From a virus (taxonomy: Duplodnaviria; Caudoviricetes): a stretch of DNA of 64,000 nt. This document shows, in pieces, positions 46,263 through 54,546 of this stretch. How positions within the stretch are numbered: the first letter of the stretch is position 1; each line of letters starts with the position of its first letter. Where the stretch lies: the IMG/VR virus record IMGVR_UViG_3300045283_000318, positions 1,399 to 65,398 of that record; one strand, 5' to 3'. Both the position numbers and the translations under genes were made by a program. The notes beneath the pieces were generated by a model, which saw only the letters and a list, made by a program, of their open reading frames with translations, made no database searches and was not told where the DNA came from.

Positions 46263-46442
46263 TCAGTAGTCGTGACCGCGTCGCGGCCGTTCGACGTTCT
46301 GGACACTCCGGTCCTGCGGCAGCGCCGCGGGCAAATAATTCTTGCGCATGTCCTGCATGGTCTGCGCCGTGCGCACAATCAGCGGATCGTTGCTGTTGTC
46401 CTGCGGCGGCATCGGTTCCTTGCACTCGAAAATATTGCTCAC
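46263..46442 (-). CDS. Small head-module protein (59 aa), weak paralog of 46064-46252
   Basis: Read by eye; GTGA overlap; NIF...IVR...RKNYLP. Confidence 0.6.
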   Translation of the reverse strand: MSNIFECKEPMPPQDNSNDPLIVRTAQTMQDMRKNYLPAALPQDRSVQNVERPRRGHDY

Positions 46443-46834
46443 GCTGCCGCTCCCATGCCCGGCTGGCCGCCACCAGGTTGCCCGCCGCCCTGCGCCATCT
46501 TCTGTCGCATCGCCTGCACGGCCTGCATCTGCTGATTGTTCTGCGCCATCTGCCGCTGCTGCGCCTCGATCGAGTTCTTCTGGGCGGCCGGCGTCACCGA
46601 GCCGTTGGGGACGAACTTGACCAGCTTGTTCAAGGCGTCGAGGACGGCCTTGCCGACATCCGAGCCAGCGCCGACTTCCGGCAGCAACGACTCAAGCTGC
46701 TTGACGACGACCCCCAGCTTCTGCAGGCCGGCAGCTTCGTAACCCTTGTTCGGCGTCGAGCCCGTGGCCGGAGTTGAACCGAAGGGGGGTTGCTGAGGCT
46801 GTCCTCCCGGCGCTGCAGAAGCTGGGGTTGGCAT
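46439..46834 (-). CDS. Q/G/P-rich head-module protein
   Basis: ORF in structural operon. Confidence 0.65.
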   Translation of the reverse strand: MPTPASAAPGGQPQQPPFGSTPATGSTPNKGYEAAGLQKLGVVVKQLESLLPEVGAGSDVGKAVLDALNKLVKFVPNGSVTPAAQKNSIEAQQRQMAQNNQQMQAVQAMRQKMAQGGGQPGGGQPGMGAAA

Positions 46835-46835
46835 C

Positions 46836-46880
46836 TTACTTGCGGTGCTTGCGCTTGCCGCGCCGATTGCGCTCGATCAT
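46836..46880 (-). CDS. 14-aa basic peptide MIERNRRGKRKHRK
   Basis: AAGGAG RBS 7 nt upstream; stop 1 nt before next ATG. Confidence 0.6.
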   Translation of the reverse strand: MIERNRRGKRKHRK

Positions 46881-46997
46881 GGCTCGACTCCTTGTGAGTG
46901 GTGTGAACAGGGCGCACGCCTTCGTGCGGGGACAACCTCGTTTGGTTCCAAGGGGATAGCCATTGGGGTCATTCCGGTACCATCAAGCGTCTTCAAG

Positions 46998-47026
46998 TTG
47001 ACGATGGAACATTCCTGCTCTAGTCT
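46998..47026 (+). promoter_or_regulatory. Sigma70 promoter of a second antisense cassette
   Basis: TTGACG-17-TAGTCT. Confidence 0.6.
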
Positions 47027-47034
47027 GCGCCTTC

Positions 47035-47241
47035 ATGGAAAAAGGCCAACAAAACGGACGCTCGTGGTTCACCGCCAAGGAAGCCGCCAGCTTCATCGGC
47101 GTCCATCTTGAGACGTTGTACAGCTACACCAAGCTTCGCAAGAACAAGCCTCCCTTCATCAAGCTCGGCAACGATCGCCGTTACCGATTCCCCAAAGATA
47201 AATTCATCGAGTGGGCCACAGGCTCGCAGAAACAAGGATGA
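47035..47241 (+). CDS. Excisionase/MerR-like HTH DNA-binding protein
   Basis: FTAKEAASFIGVHLETLY...PPFIKLG..YRF...EW. Confidence 0.8.
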   Translation: MEKGQQNGRSWFTAKEAASFIGVHLETLYSYTKLRKNKPPFIKLGNDRRYRFPKDKFIEWATGSQKQG

Positions 47242-47245
47242 CCTG

Positions 47246-47590
47246 ATGTACAGCCTGACGATTAATTTTGGGCCGAACGGTTCGGCGTGGGCGTTCTTGT
47301 TCAAGGACAAAGAAAAAGCCACGGCTGCTTTCGAACTCGCCATGATGAACCAGCAACAAAGTTCGGATGTGGCTATGACCGACGACTTCGGGCAAACAGC
47401 TATTATCGTCGGCGACGACATTCATGGGGCCTGCCTTGAAGACCTCGACCAAGTCGAATCCGCGCGCATCTATCGCTCACTCGCCGAGGAACGGATCAAA
47501 GCGAAGTTCATCGAAGCGGCAAAAAACGATCCTGTACTTCGTCACGCCATGCAGCAACGGCCGAGCGTGCTGACGCCGGGGATCCGGTGA
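47246..47590 (+). CDS. Hypothetical protein
   Basis: AAGGA RBS; DDFGQ motif. Confidence 0.65.
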   Translation: MYSLTINFGPNGSAWAFLFKDKEKATAAFELAMMNQQQSSDVAMTDDFGQTAIIVGDDIHGACLEDLDQVESARIYRSLAEERIKAKFIEAAKNDPVLRHAMQQRPSVLTPGIR

Positions 47591-47593
47591 GCA

Positions 47594-49321
47594 TCAATGC
47601 CGGCCGTGCCCCTTGAGCATGGCCTCGATCGCCTTGTCCTTGCCTTCAGGCGACAACTGGCCGAGCAGTTTCTCCTGCATCTGCTCGCCGGCCTTCTTGC
47701 GCTGCTTCAGCGAGGCCTTTGCAGTCTCCTTGTCGGGCACCGCGGTGTGATCGATGATGAACTCGCCGTCGACATCGCCCGCCTTGCGCAAAGCAAACAG
47801 CAATTGCGTTGCTTCGTCAGCGAAAATCGGGCTTGACGAGTGGCTGTCGACGCTGATGCGCCAGTCCTCGGGGATATCGGTCAGTGCAAACGACGTCCCC
47901 TCCATGTCCTCCGGATTGGTCCAGTATTTCCGATCCTCCTTGGCCTCCATCATCGTCATCGTGAGGTCAGCACACGACGACAGCTGCTGTTCGGTCAGCA
48001 GCGCGCGATCGCGCAAGGTCGGCGAGGCCGTTTTCATCAGCGTCTCGGCATGAGCACCGGCGCGCACACCCGCTTCGCCCTTGCCCTGCATGATTTCGGG
48101 GAATGAGCCGAGCGTGTTGATCTGCTCCTGCACATATTTAATGATCGGCAGCAATTCGGACGGGAATTTCGGGGTCAGATCCTCGGCCTTGCCGCCCTGT
48201 CCGAGGTTCACAAACCCCGCAAGCCGAAATTGCGCGTAAGACTCGTCGGTGATCGTGTTCTCGCCGCTGAACGACAGGATCTTGTCGATCTGGAGCCCGA
48301 TCAGCCGCTTCAGGTCATCACACAGCATCGCCAGGAACGCCTGCGGCTCGATCAGGTCGATCAATTCGCTCCGTCCCCAGAACCAGCCGGGCAACGGGTT
48401 CGGCTGGATCAGCCGGTACGGTTGGGTATGCTCGATTCCAAGCAAATTCGACAGCTTGAACCGGGTGATCAGAACGTCCGGCTCGACCATCTGGATGGTG
48501 ACGTAGTCATCCTCATCCTTCACCCACAATTCATGAAATTTCACGGTCGGCGCGCCGTCGACAGGGCTAATCACCGGGTAATTCGGATCGTTGCCGAGTT
48601 GGATGATGCCACCGGGCAGCGGCCGGGTTGCCTGCTGCACGCCAGTGTTGATCTGGGAGGTCGACAGCACTTGATGAAAGAAGCTGTCCGGACCACTGCC
48701 AGCGCTCTGCCCCATCGAGGCGTGCACCATGATCTGGTCGTAGAGCTTCTTGGCGTCGGGGAAGCGGTAAATGCGCTGCCAGACCTCGGGACCGGTCAGG
48801 TAGGAGGTCTCGCACAGCGCCTCCTGGTCGTCGATGTCGCTCTCGCTCTCCTTGTAGACGCCGAAATTCCACGGCATCACCAGCTTCTTCTCGTAGGAGA
48901 TGCGCTCCTTGCCCTCGGACCCCTCGACCTTGGGCCACTGCTTCAGCAGCGAGGCGCCGTACTTGAGCGATTCCTTGACTCCCTGGCCGAACAAGGTGCC
49001 GCAGCCAGACCGCTCCCAGTGCCGGGTGAGATGCTTGGCGACAACCTGTCCGCGCTTCACCTCGTTCGGCGAGTAGTCGTTGTCGAAATCACAGGCGAAC
49101 TTCAATTCGATCGGCGAGAACAGATGCGACTGCGTTCGCTCTAAGTGATAATTCATCGTGTTGATGAGCGCCTTGCCGCCGTCGGCGCGGCCGGTCTCGG
49201 CGATCTGGTTGAGCAGGCGGTAGTAGGCGCCACGCGTGGCCTGACTGACCCGACAGGTCTCGATCATCTCGTTCGCGAACGAAATCAGCTTGATCTTGTC
49301 GGTTGGGATATCGCGGATCAC
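47594..49321 (-). CDS. Portal protein
   Basis: 575 aa between terminase and head genes; FWGRSE...L...Q and G.GEAGVR pattern. Confidence 0.8.
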   Translation of the reverse strand: MIRDIPTDKIKLISFANEMIETCRVSQATRGAYYRLLNQIAETGRADGGKALINTMNYHLERTQSHLFSPIELKFACDFDNDYSPNEVKRGQVVAKHLTRHWERSGCGTLFGQGVKESLKYGASLLKQWPKVEGSEGKERISYEKKLVMPWNFGVYKESESDIDDQEALCETSYLTGPEVWQRIYRFPDAKKLYDQIMVHASMGQSAGSGPDSFFHQVLSTSQINTGVQQATRPLPGGIIQLGNDPNYPVISPVDGAPTVKFHELWVKDEDDYVTIQMVEPDVLITRFKLSNLLGIEHTQPYRLIQPNPLPGWFWGRSELIDLIEPQAFLAMLCDDLKRLIGLQIDKILSFSGENTITDESYAQFRLAGFVNLGQGGKAEDLTPKFPSELLPIIKYVQEQINTLGSFPEIMQGKGEAGVRAGAHAETLMKTASPTLRDRALLTEQQLSSCADLTMTMMEAKEDRKYWTNPEDMEGTSFALTDIPEDWRISVDSHSSSPIFADEATQLLFALRKAGDVDGEFIIDHTAVPDKETAKASLKQRKKAGEQMQEKLLGQLSPEGKDKAIEAMLKGHGRH

Positions 49322-49881
49322 ACCGGTGACCTGTAATTCGGGTTATCGGTGATCTGTCGCGGCAGCGGCGCTTGGCCAACGGGCGGCAACAGGCGCTGGA
49401 GCCGGTTACGCTCGCGCAGGCCTGCGTAAGCCACATCGCCCTGCGGGACATTGTGCGCGGCCGCAGCGCGGGCCATGGCATCAGATGGCGCCGTGTTGAA
49501 CCCGGTCGGCAGGCCGGCCGCCTGCATCGCATCCATGCGCTGGGTGACCTCGTTGCGAACCTCGATCGCTGAGAACTGGGCATCGTTGCGGTCGTTGAGG
49601 TTGGTGATCTTGAGGTTCGACATGTCCTCGACGCTGGTGCCGGCCATTACCGCAGCCATTTCCGCGCGCTGCACCGAGCCGTCCATAATGTCGCGCGCGA
49701 CCTTATCGTTGGCCTTGGTCTTGAACGACAGGATGTTCGGCATCACCACGTCGTCATCGTCGCGACGGTTGTTGATGTCGGCACCGCATTCCGGAATCTG
49801 ACAAAAATCTGGCCACCCCACGGAAACATCGTATTTGAACTTCCCCCGACAAACAGGGCATTTAAGAATTACGGGCATCAC
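49318..49881 (-). CDS. Zn-ribbon hypothetical protein
   Basis: CPVC...CQIPEC. Confidence 0.65.
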   Translation of the reverse strand: MMPVILKCPVCRGKFKYDVSVGWPDFCQIPECGADINNRRDDDDVVMPNILSFKTKANDKVARDIMDGSVQRAEMAAVMAGTSVEDMSNLKITNLNDRNDAQFSAIEVRNEVTQRMDAMQAAGLPTGFNTAPSDAMARAAAAHNVPQGDVAYAGLRERNRLQRLLPPVGQAPLPRQITDNPNYRSPV

Positions 49882-50365
49882 GCACGGCCTTTCTCCTAGC
49901 CGATTTTATCCTACACATGGTCGCTGAACGGCAAGCTCGACACTTTCTGTGCATGGTATCACGATACGAAAACCAATACGTGTTCTTTTCGTTGAACTCG
50001 TGACCGTTTTTACAATGCGTTTTCACCTTGTTTTTCGGAATGTGACTTTCGCCGCGAAAATTGTTTTCGGTTTGAGTAACCGGTTCGAGGTGATCTGGAT
50101 TCACGCAGCATCTAACTCGGCAAAGATGATCTAAATGCAACCCATTTGGAATCGAACCCTTAAATAGCTCGTACGAAATCCGATGCGCCCATCCGTGTCT
50201 TCCGTCAGGAGTATGAAAACGTCCGTAACCTTCTTTGCTAACGTGCGCTTCCCACAGCCAACATCCCGAGTTGGGCTCAGGACTTACATGCCGCATAAAG
50301 CGATCCTCGTACGGAATCACTTTGTACTGCCTGCCGCGAAAAAACTTCCCCTCTAAAACTTCCAT
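49862..50365 (-). CDS. HNH homing endonuclease
   Basis: NSGCWLW..GYG..AHRISY..LDHLCRVRCCVNPDHLEPVT..EN; THCKNGH finger. Confidence 0.9.
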   Translation of the reverse strand: MEVLEGKFFRGRQYKVIPYEDRFMRHVSPEPNSGCWLWEAHVSKEGYGRFHTPDGRHGWAHRISYELFKGSIPNGLHLDHLCRVRCCVNPDHLEPVTQTENNFRGESHIPKNKVKTHCKNGHEFNEKNTYWFSYRDTMHRKCRACRSATMCRIKSARRKAVRDARNS

Positions 50366-50472
50366 CAGCGATCCCATGCTTTTGCGGCGAGCACAAACAG
50401 GCTGCCGACAGCCAGAATAGCGACAATGGTGCCGACGATCTCGACGACGTTTCGAACAGTTTCGTGCGTCAC
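50365..50472 (-). CDS. 35-aa TM peptide
   Basis: Read by eye; overlaps terminase stop and HNH start. Confidence 0.5.
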   Translation of the reverse strand: MTHETVRNVVEIVGTIVAILAVGSLFVLAAKAWDR

Positions 50473-52379
50473 CGTCCGTACCTCCACGCGTTCTTCATCG
50501 CCAGCTGCTGAGCCTGAAGCCGATTCTGCTTCTTCCCGCTCATGAACGAGGCTACCATGTTCTGGTTGAAGAGAGCCGTGGTGTCAATAATGGAAGCCTG
50601 CTTCTTGGCGGCCTCGGCCGTCCGCGTCCGCTTCTGGACGATCAGGTTGCGCCGGATCTTGGTGCTCCAGTAGTGAATGGCCATGGCCATCGCGATCACC
50701 CGGTCATCCTTGAGGTTGCCCTCGGCGGCGATCGAGGAACCGTCCCGCGTCACCGTCTTCATCTCCTCGATCAGATCGTGCGAACGAACGTGAAGCTGGA
50801 CATTGGCAAAGTAACCGCGCAACCCCTCCAGGATCGACTCCTTATTCTGCGGCGAGGTCTTCCAGTGCCAAGCGCTGCCGCTACCGGTCATCGAGTCAGG
50901 CCGCGCGTAGATGAACGATTTGACATTCCGGAAAATGTTCTTCAGTCCCTGATCCTCGAGCGGCGCGTAGCCGTTCTCGATCTGGAACTTCAACGTCTTG
51001 AGTTCGGCCAGCACATCACTGCCAGGCCCGTTGATCTCCAGGATGTAGTGCACTTCGCTCAGCGGCTCGTTACCGTACCAGGCCATGATGCCGGCTACGA
51101 CGTGAGCGAAGTGGCGGGTGGTGATCATGGGGTAGGCGTATTCGGCGACCTGGTCGACGCCATCGGCGTAGCAGCGCAGCACCTGAATCGAGGAGCGGTC
51201 GTTGAGCTCGTTCTCGCCATAAGCCGGATCGACGCCTAGCACATAGACGGCCTCCGAGGTCGGCGCCTCCCACACCTTGAGCTCGATGTTGCGAGTGGTC
51301 TCGGCCTTGTAAACCTTCATGTCGGAAAATTCGGTACCGCCCAAAAACATGTACGGCGAAAATTTTCGCGAGACATACTTGTCAGTTTGAACCTTCAGCG
51401 TCTCGCCGGCGAAGAACGTACTGCCGGTCTGCTGGAACGCTTCCTCCTCGTCCCAGGGCTGCTCCTGCTTCTGAAACTGATCGGCCTCGAAGCCAGCATC
51501 GACCTCTTCCTCGTCGACCGCCGATGGGTCCATGGCGCGCCGGTACCACGCCAGCTGCTCCTGAGTAACGCTGAAGTCGTACTTCTCCTTGACGAGGTCG
51601 ATCTTGGCCTGCTCCTCGCGGGTCGGGGGCTGGGCGCCGTAGAATTCCCAGTCGCGATCGCCGCGCTCTATCTTGTGGCTGTCCTTGGCCCACCAGCCGA
51701 TAAAGACGCAAATACAATGGCGCACATCCTTGCGCGCGATCTTCCACATCTCGTTCCACATGTTGTAGCCGCGAGCGGTGGACTCGTAGATGTAAAGTCG
51801 GTTCGGATTAATATCCGACAGCGACTCCCGGAATGAGATCAGGCCTTCCTGGTTGTCGTAGGAACAAAGCTCGGACAGGTGCGCCAGCGAGACGCCAGCC
51901 GACCGGCCGAGAGTGCCCGAGGTCTTGGTCTTCTTGATGCCGGCCGACTTGAACAGGATCTTGGACGAGTTCGACAGCGTCAGGCCGTCGCGGTTATCCT
52001 TGGCGATCCCGGGGAATTTAAGGCGGTCGGGCAGCGCCTTGATGATGGTGACGAGCTCGTCCCGAGCAAGATTCTTGTTCTCGTTGGTATCGAAAACAAG
52101 GGCTCCGGTAAGGCCGCGGTGGACGCCCAGGAAGAAGGCACACAAGGCCCGAATGATTGTGGTGATGCCGAGCTGGCGAGATTTTAGACAGTAATAGTCG
52201 TGAACATCGATTTCCAATCCATCAAAAATCGCAGTGATAAATACCCGTTGTCCGTACATCAAATATTTGCCAAGTATAATCGGCTCACCATGGTCTTTGG
52301 AATTTATTTCGCAGGAATTCAAATACGTATAGAACGCCGCCTCAAAAGCCAATCTTTTCTCTCGTGACCAACCCGTCAT
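50469..52379 (-). CDS. terL: Terminase large subunit
   Basis: LKSRQLGITT, HLSE, ESTARG, LGVDPAYG, DDRVIA. Confidence 0.93.
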   Translation of the reverse strand: MTGWSREKRLAFEAAFYTYLNSCEINSKDHGEPIILGKYLMYGQRVFITAIFDGLEIDVHDYYCLKSRQLGITTIIRALCAFFLGVHRGLTGALVFDTNENKNLARDELVTIIKALPDRLKFPGIAKDNRDGLTLSNSSKILFKSAGIKKTKTSGTLGRSAGVSLAHLSELCSYDNQEGLISFRESLSDINPNRLYIYESTARGYNMWNEMWKIARKDVRHCICVFIGWWAKDSHKIERGDRDWEFYGAQPPTREEQAKIDLVKEKYDFSVTQEQLAWYRRAMDPSAVDEEEVDAGFEADQFQKQEQPWDEEEAFQQTGSTFFAGETLKVQTDKYVSRKFSPYMFLGGTEFSDMKVYKAETTRNIELKVWEAPTSEAVYVLGVDPAYGENELNDRSSIQVLRCYADGVDQVAEYAYPMITTRHFAHVVAGIMAWYGNEPLSEVHYILEINGPGSDVLAELKTLKFQIENGYAPLEDQGLKNIFRNVKSFIYARPDSMTGSGSAWHWKTSPQNKESILEGLRGYFANVQLHVRSHDLIEEMKTVTRDGSSIAAEGNLKDDRVIAMAMAIHYWSTKIRRNLIVQKRTRTAEAAKKQASIIDTTALFNQNMVASFMSGKKQNRLQAQQLAMKNAWRYGR

Positions 52380-52391
52380 GCACGCACCAAA

Positions 52392-52416
52392 CAAAAAAAG
52401 CCCGCCGAAGCGAGCC
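52392..52416 (-). terminator. Intrinsic terminator closing the repeat locus
   Basis: GCTCGC-TTCG-GCGGGC-T7 on the minus strand. Confidence 0.85.
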
Positions 52417-52420
52417 TTCT

Positions 52421-52506
52421 ACCACACCTTGCCCAGCCGAGCCAATGCCCAACCGAAGCTTACCTAGCCTGACCTTGCCACACCCCGCCTAGGCATGCCT
52501 TACCCT
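52421..52506 (-). repeat. NN-GGY pentamer array C (17 units, one extra nt), candidate guide RNA
   Basis: 15 of 17 units end in GGY. Confidence 0.85.
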
Positions 52507-52518
52507 AGCGGATTCAAG

Positions 52519-53121
52519 CTACTCGAACTTCACGATACCAAACCTGCCAAACGTCGGCCGAAAATCGCCCATGCCGATCAATCGGCCAGCAGATTCGATT
52601 GTTTCCCGAAGCGTATTCGTATCCACGTACTCGGGCAAGACGCACATCAAATCAAACGTTGCTTCCCAGCCCGCGCGCATCGCCGGCCGTGTCCGGTTGA
52701 TTCCGTTGCGTTGAATTGTAACCCGACGCTTGTCGAGATAATCCCAAGTACCGACGCCGAGCGTCGCCAAGGGAGTCGTCACAACGATCGCCGCCTTGAA
52801 CAAATCCATCGCTGACTTTCGCGGCGACCTGGGATCTTGTCGAAACTTCGCCGCGTTAACTACACTGCCTCGAAGATACTCGCCAGGAATCGCAAGTTGA
52901 CCGGCGTCAGTTCGATAAACGTAAGTCTCAACGTCATCAGTTTTCTTCGCCTTGGAGTTCTTCGCCGCAGCGGCCTTCTCATCCACCGCTTCGGCGTTCC
53001 AGCGATGAAATAGAAAATCTGCCGATCCGCGTACAGTCACCGCAACGTGATACGGTTGACTGTGCGAAATGGTTTCGTTGCCGCCGTCGGTCGGCTCTTT
53101 CAATTGAACAATTTTGCTCAT
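52519..53121 (-). CDS. Cas7/RAMP-like RNA-binding protein
   Basis: VTVRGSADFLFH strand, LAIPGEYLRGSV helix, C-terminal Gly loop AGRLIGMGDFRPTFGRF. Confidence 0.75.
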   Translation of the reverse strand: MSKIVQLKEPTDGGNETISHSQPYHVAVTVRGSADFLFHRWNAEAVDEKAAAAKNSKAKKTDDVETYVYRTDAGQLAIPGEYLRGSVVNAAKFRQDPRSPRKSAMDLFKAAIVVTTPLATLGVGTWDYLDKRRVTIQRNGINRTRPAMRAGWEATFDLMCVLPEYVDTNTLRETIESAGRLIGMGDFRPTFGRFGIVKFE

Positions 53122-53124
53122 AAA

Positions 53125-53179
53125 ACCTCACCTAACCAGTGCGTGCCATACACCACCACGGCGTATCTTGCCTCGCCTG
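53125..53179 (-). repeat. NN-GGY pentamer array B (11 units)
   Basis: 7 of 11 units GGY in strict 5-nt register; last unit GAGGT serves as RBS. Confidence 0.75.
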
Positions 53180-53183
53180 TGTC

Positions 53184-53390
53184 TTACTTTAAATACACTC
53201 TGGGGTCGATGTCAAGAAAATAAGACGTTAAAATCAAAAAAGTTTCGGCGCTGACCGGCAACCCTCGATCAGCGCGAGACACAGTAGCGTGACTGATGTC
53301 GTATTTTTTTCCTAAGTCACGCACAGACAGCGAGCAAGCTTGTCGATGCTCGTAAACATCAGCCCCGAACTCTTTCCACTTTATGGTCAT
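53184..53390 (-). CDS. XRE/Cro-like HTH protein
   Basis: LSVRDLGKKYDISHATVSRADRG. Confidence 0.75.
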   Translation of the reverse strand: MTIKWKEFGADVYEHRQACSLSVRDLGKKYDISHATVSRADRGLPVSAETFLILTSYFLDIDPRVYLK

Positions 53391-53395
53391 TATAA

Positions 53396-53490
53396 ACCTT
53401 ACCCGACCTGGCCTTACCTTGTCTTAGAATGCCACACCATGCCTAACTAAACCGCAACCTGCCGGACCTAGCACTGCCGCACCCGACCAT
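53396..53490 (-). repeat. NN-GGY pentamer array A (19 units)
   Basis: 14 of 19 units GGY; all 19 end in a pyrimidine; strict register. Confidence 0.85.
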
Positions 53491-53496
53491 GGGAAC

Positions 53497-53525
53497 TTTA
53501 TAAGGCCGAGCCGGTTACCCGTCCA
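53497..53525 (-). promoter_or_regulatory. Promoter driving the repeat locus
   Basis: TGGACG-17-TATAAA; expected +1 near 53490, the first base of array A. Confidence 0.65.
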
Positions 53526-53541
53526 GCCCCCGGAGGCTTCC

Positions 53542-53754
53542 ATGCCCGACCTCATCATTCAAATCATTATCATCATGCTGATCGCCGGCTTCGTCTACTG
53601 GTGCTGGCTGAAGCTGTCGCCCCTGATGCCCATCGCCGAGCCGTTCGCTTCCGTCATCAACGTGCTGGTCGTGATCCTGATCGCGGCAATCGTGCTATTC
53701 TACGCCATCATCCCGCTGCTGCACCAGTTGGGCCATATGAGCCTAGTGCGCTAA
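53542..53754 (+). CDS. Two-TM membrane protein
   Basis: GGAGG RBS; hydrophobic hairpin. Confidence 0.75.
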   Translation: MPDLIIQIIIIMLIAGFVYWCWLKLSPLMPIAEPFASVINVLVVILIAAIVLFYAIIPLLHQLGHMSLVR

Positions 53755-54302
53755 CAACTCGTTAAGGCAGATCGGAGGATGAAGCAGGCGATGTGCCGAC
53801 CAGTCCCCTTGCCGGCCGTACTGTCTTCTGTTGCAATCCACTTCACGTCACCGAGATTGCGAATGTCGGCTGTCTCGCCGAAGATAGCCTTGACCAACAT
53901 CAGCAGCCATTTGTCGACAGGGTAGACGAGGACCACCGTCTTTCCCTTCTGCCATTCCTCAATCGCTTTTCGAACCCACGCGGTCGGACCTTTCTTCTTG
54001 CCCTGATGCATGATGGATCCGAAGGGCGGGTTTACGTAGCTGACTGTTCCCCACTCACAGGTGAGACCGTCGAAGCCTTCCGGCAGCGGGAAAGGGCATG
54101 GGTCGAAGTTGAACCCGAACTCGGCATGAAGCCGCGCGTAAAGGTCTGGCGGGGTGAGCCAATAATGCTTCCCGTCGTCGCCGTTGCCCTTGTGAAACTT
54201 GTTCTCGGACGGGGCGAGAAGCGATTGGTGTAGATCGGTCAACTTCTGTTTCCTTAAGTGATGTGCAACGCTGTCAGCCGACGAGCTTCTCGCCCTTGGC
54301 AT
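53751..54302 (-). CDS. Phage DNA N6-adenine methyltransferase (start uncertain)
   Basis: WLTP, FNFDPCP, DGL..EW, YVNPPF. Confidence 0.85.
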   Translation of the reverse strand: MPRARSSSADSVAHHLRKQKLTDLHQSLLAPSENKFHKGNGDDGKHYWLTPPDLYARLHAEFGFNFDPCPFPLPEGFDGLTCEWGTVSYVNPPFGSIMHQGKKKGPTAWVRKAIEEWQKGKTVVLVYPVDKWLLMLVKAIFGETADIRNLGDVKWIATEDSTAGKGTGRHIACFILRSALTSC

Positions 54303-54546
54303 CAGGAACTTTGCAACGATCCGGGTTGTCCTGGCGCCAGTCGGTTGCGCGGCCGATCATGCGGTCGACGGCGTCGATCTGCTCTTGGTCCGCTCCGAGT
54401 TCGATGCATTTTCGGCGATAGGTCGGGAGCGTCTCATAGAACGCGGTGTCTTTCGCCAGAAACACCACGTATTCGTCGTCGGTGACGATCGAGCCGTCCT
54501 TGATCTTGAAGATCACGCCAGAGAATTTCGCATCAAGTTTGACCAT
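54274..54546 (-). CDS. Hypothetical protein
   Basis: AGGAG RBS; VVFLAKD...KVPD. Confidence 0.7.
   Translation of the reverse strand: MVKLDAKFSGVIFKIKDGSIVTDDEYVVFLAKDTAFYETLPTYRRKCIELGADQEQIDAVDRMIGRATDWRQDNPDRCKVPDAKGEKLVG

Noticed and set aside
52421-53490. Canonical CRISPR array or simple microsatellite
   Set aside because: No 25-45 nt repeats with spacers; units vary at two fixed positions rather than being identical copies
54145-54170. Partial gapped match of array C complement to the YWLTP codons of the methyltransferase
   Set aside because: Four of five dinucleotides, no extension; not significant
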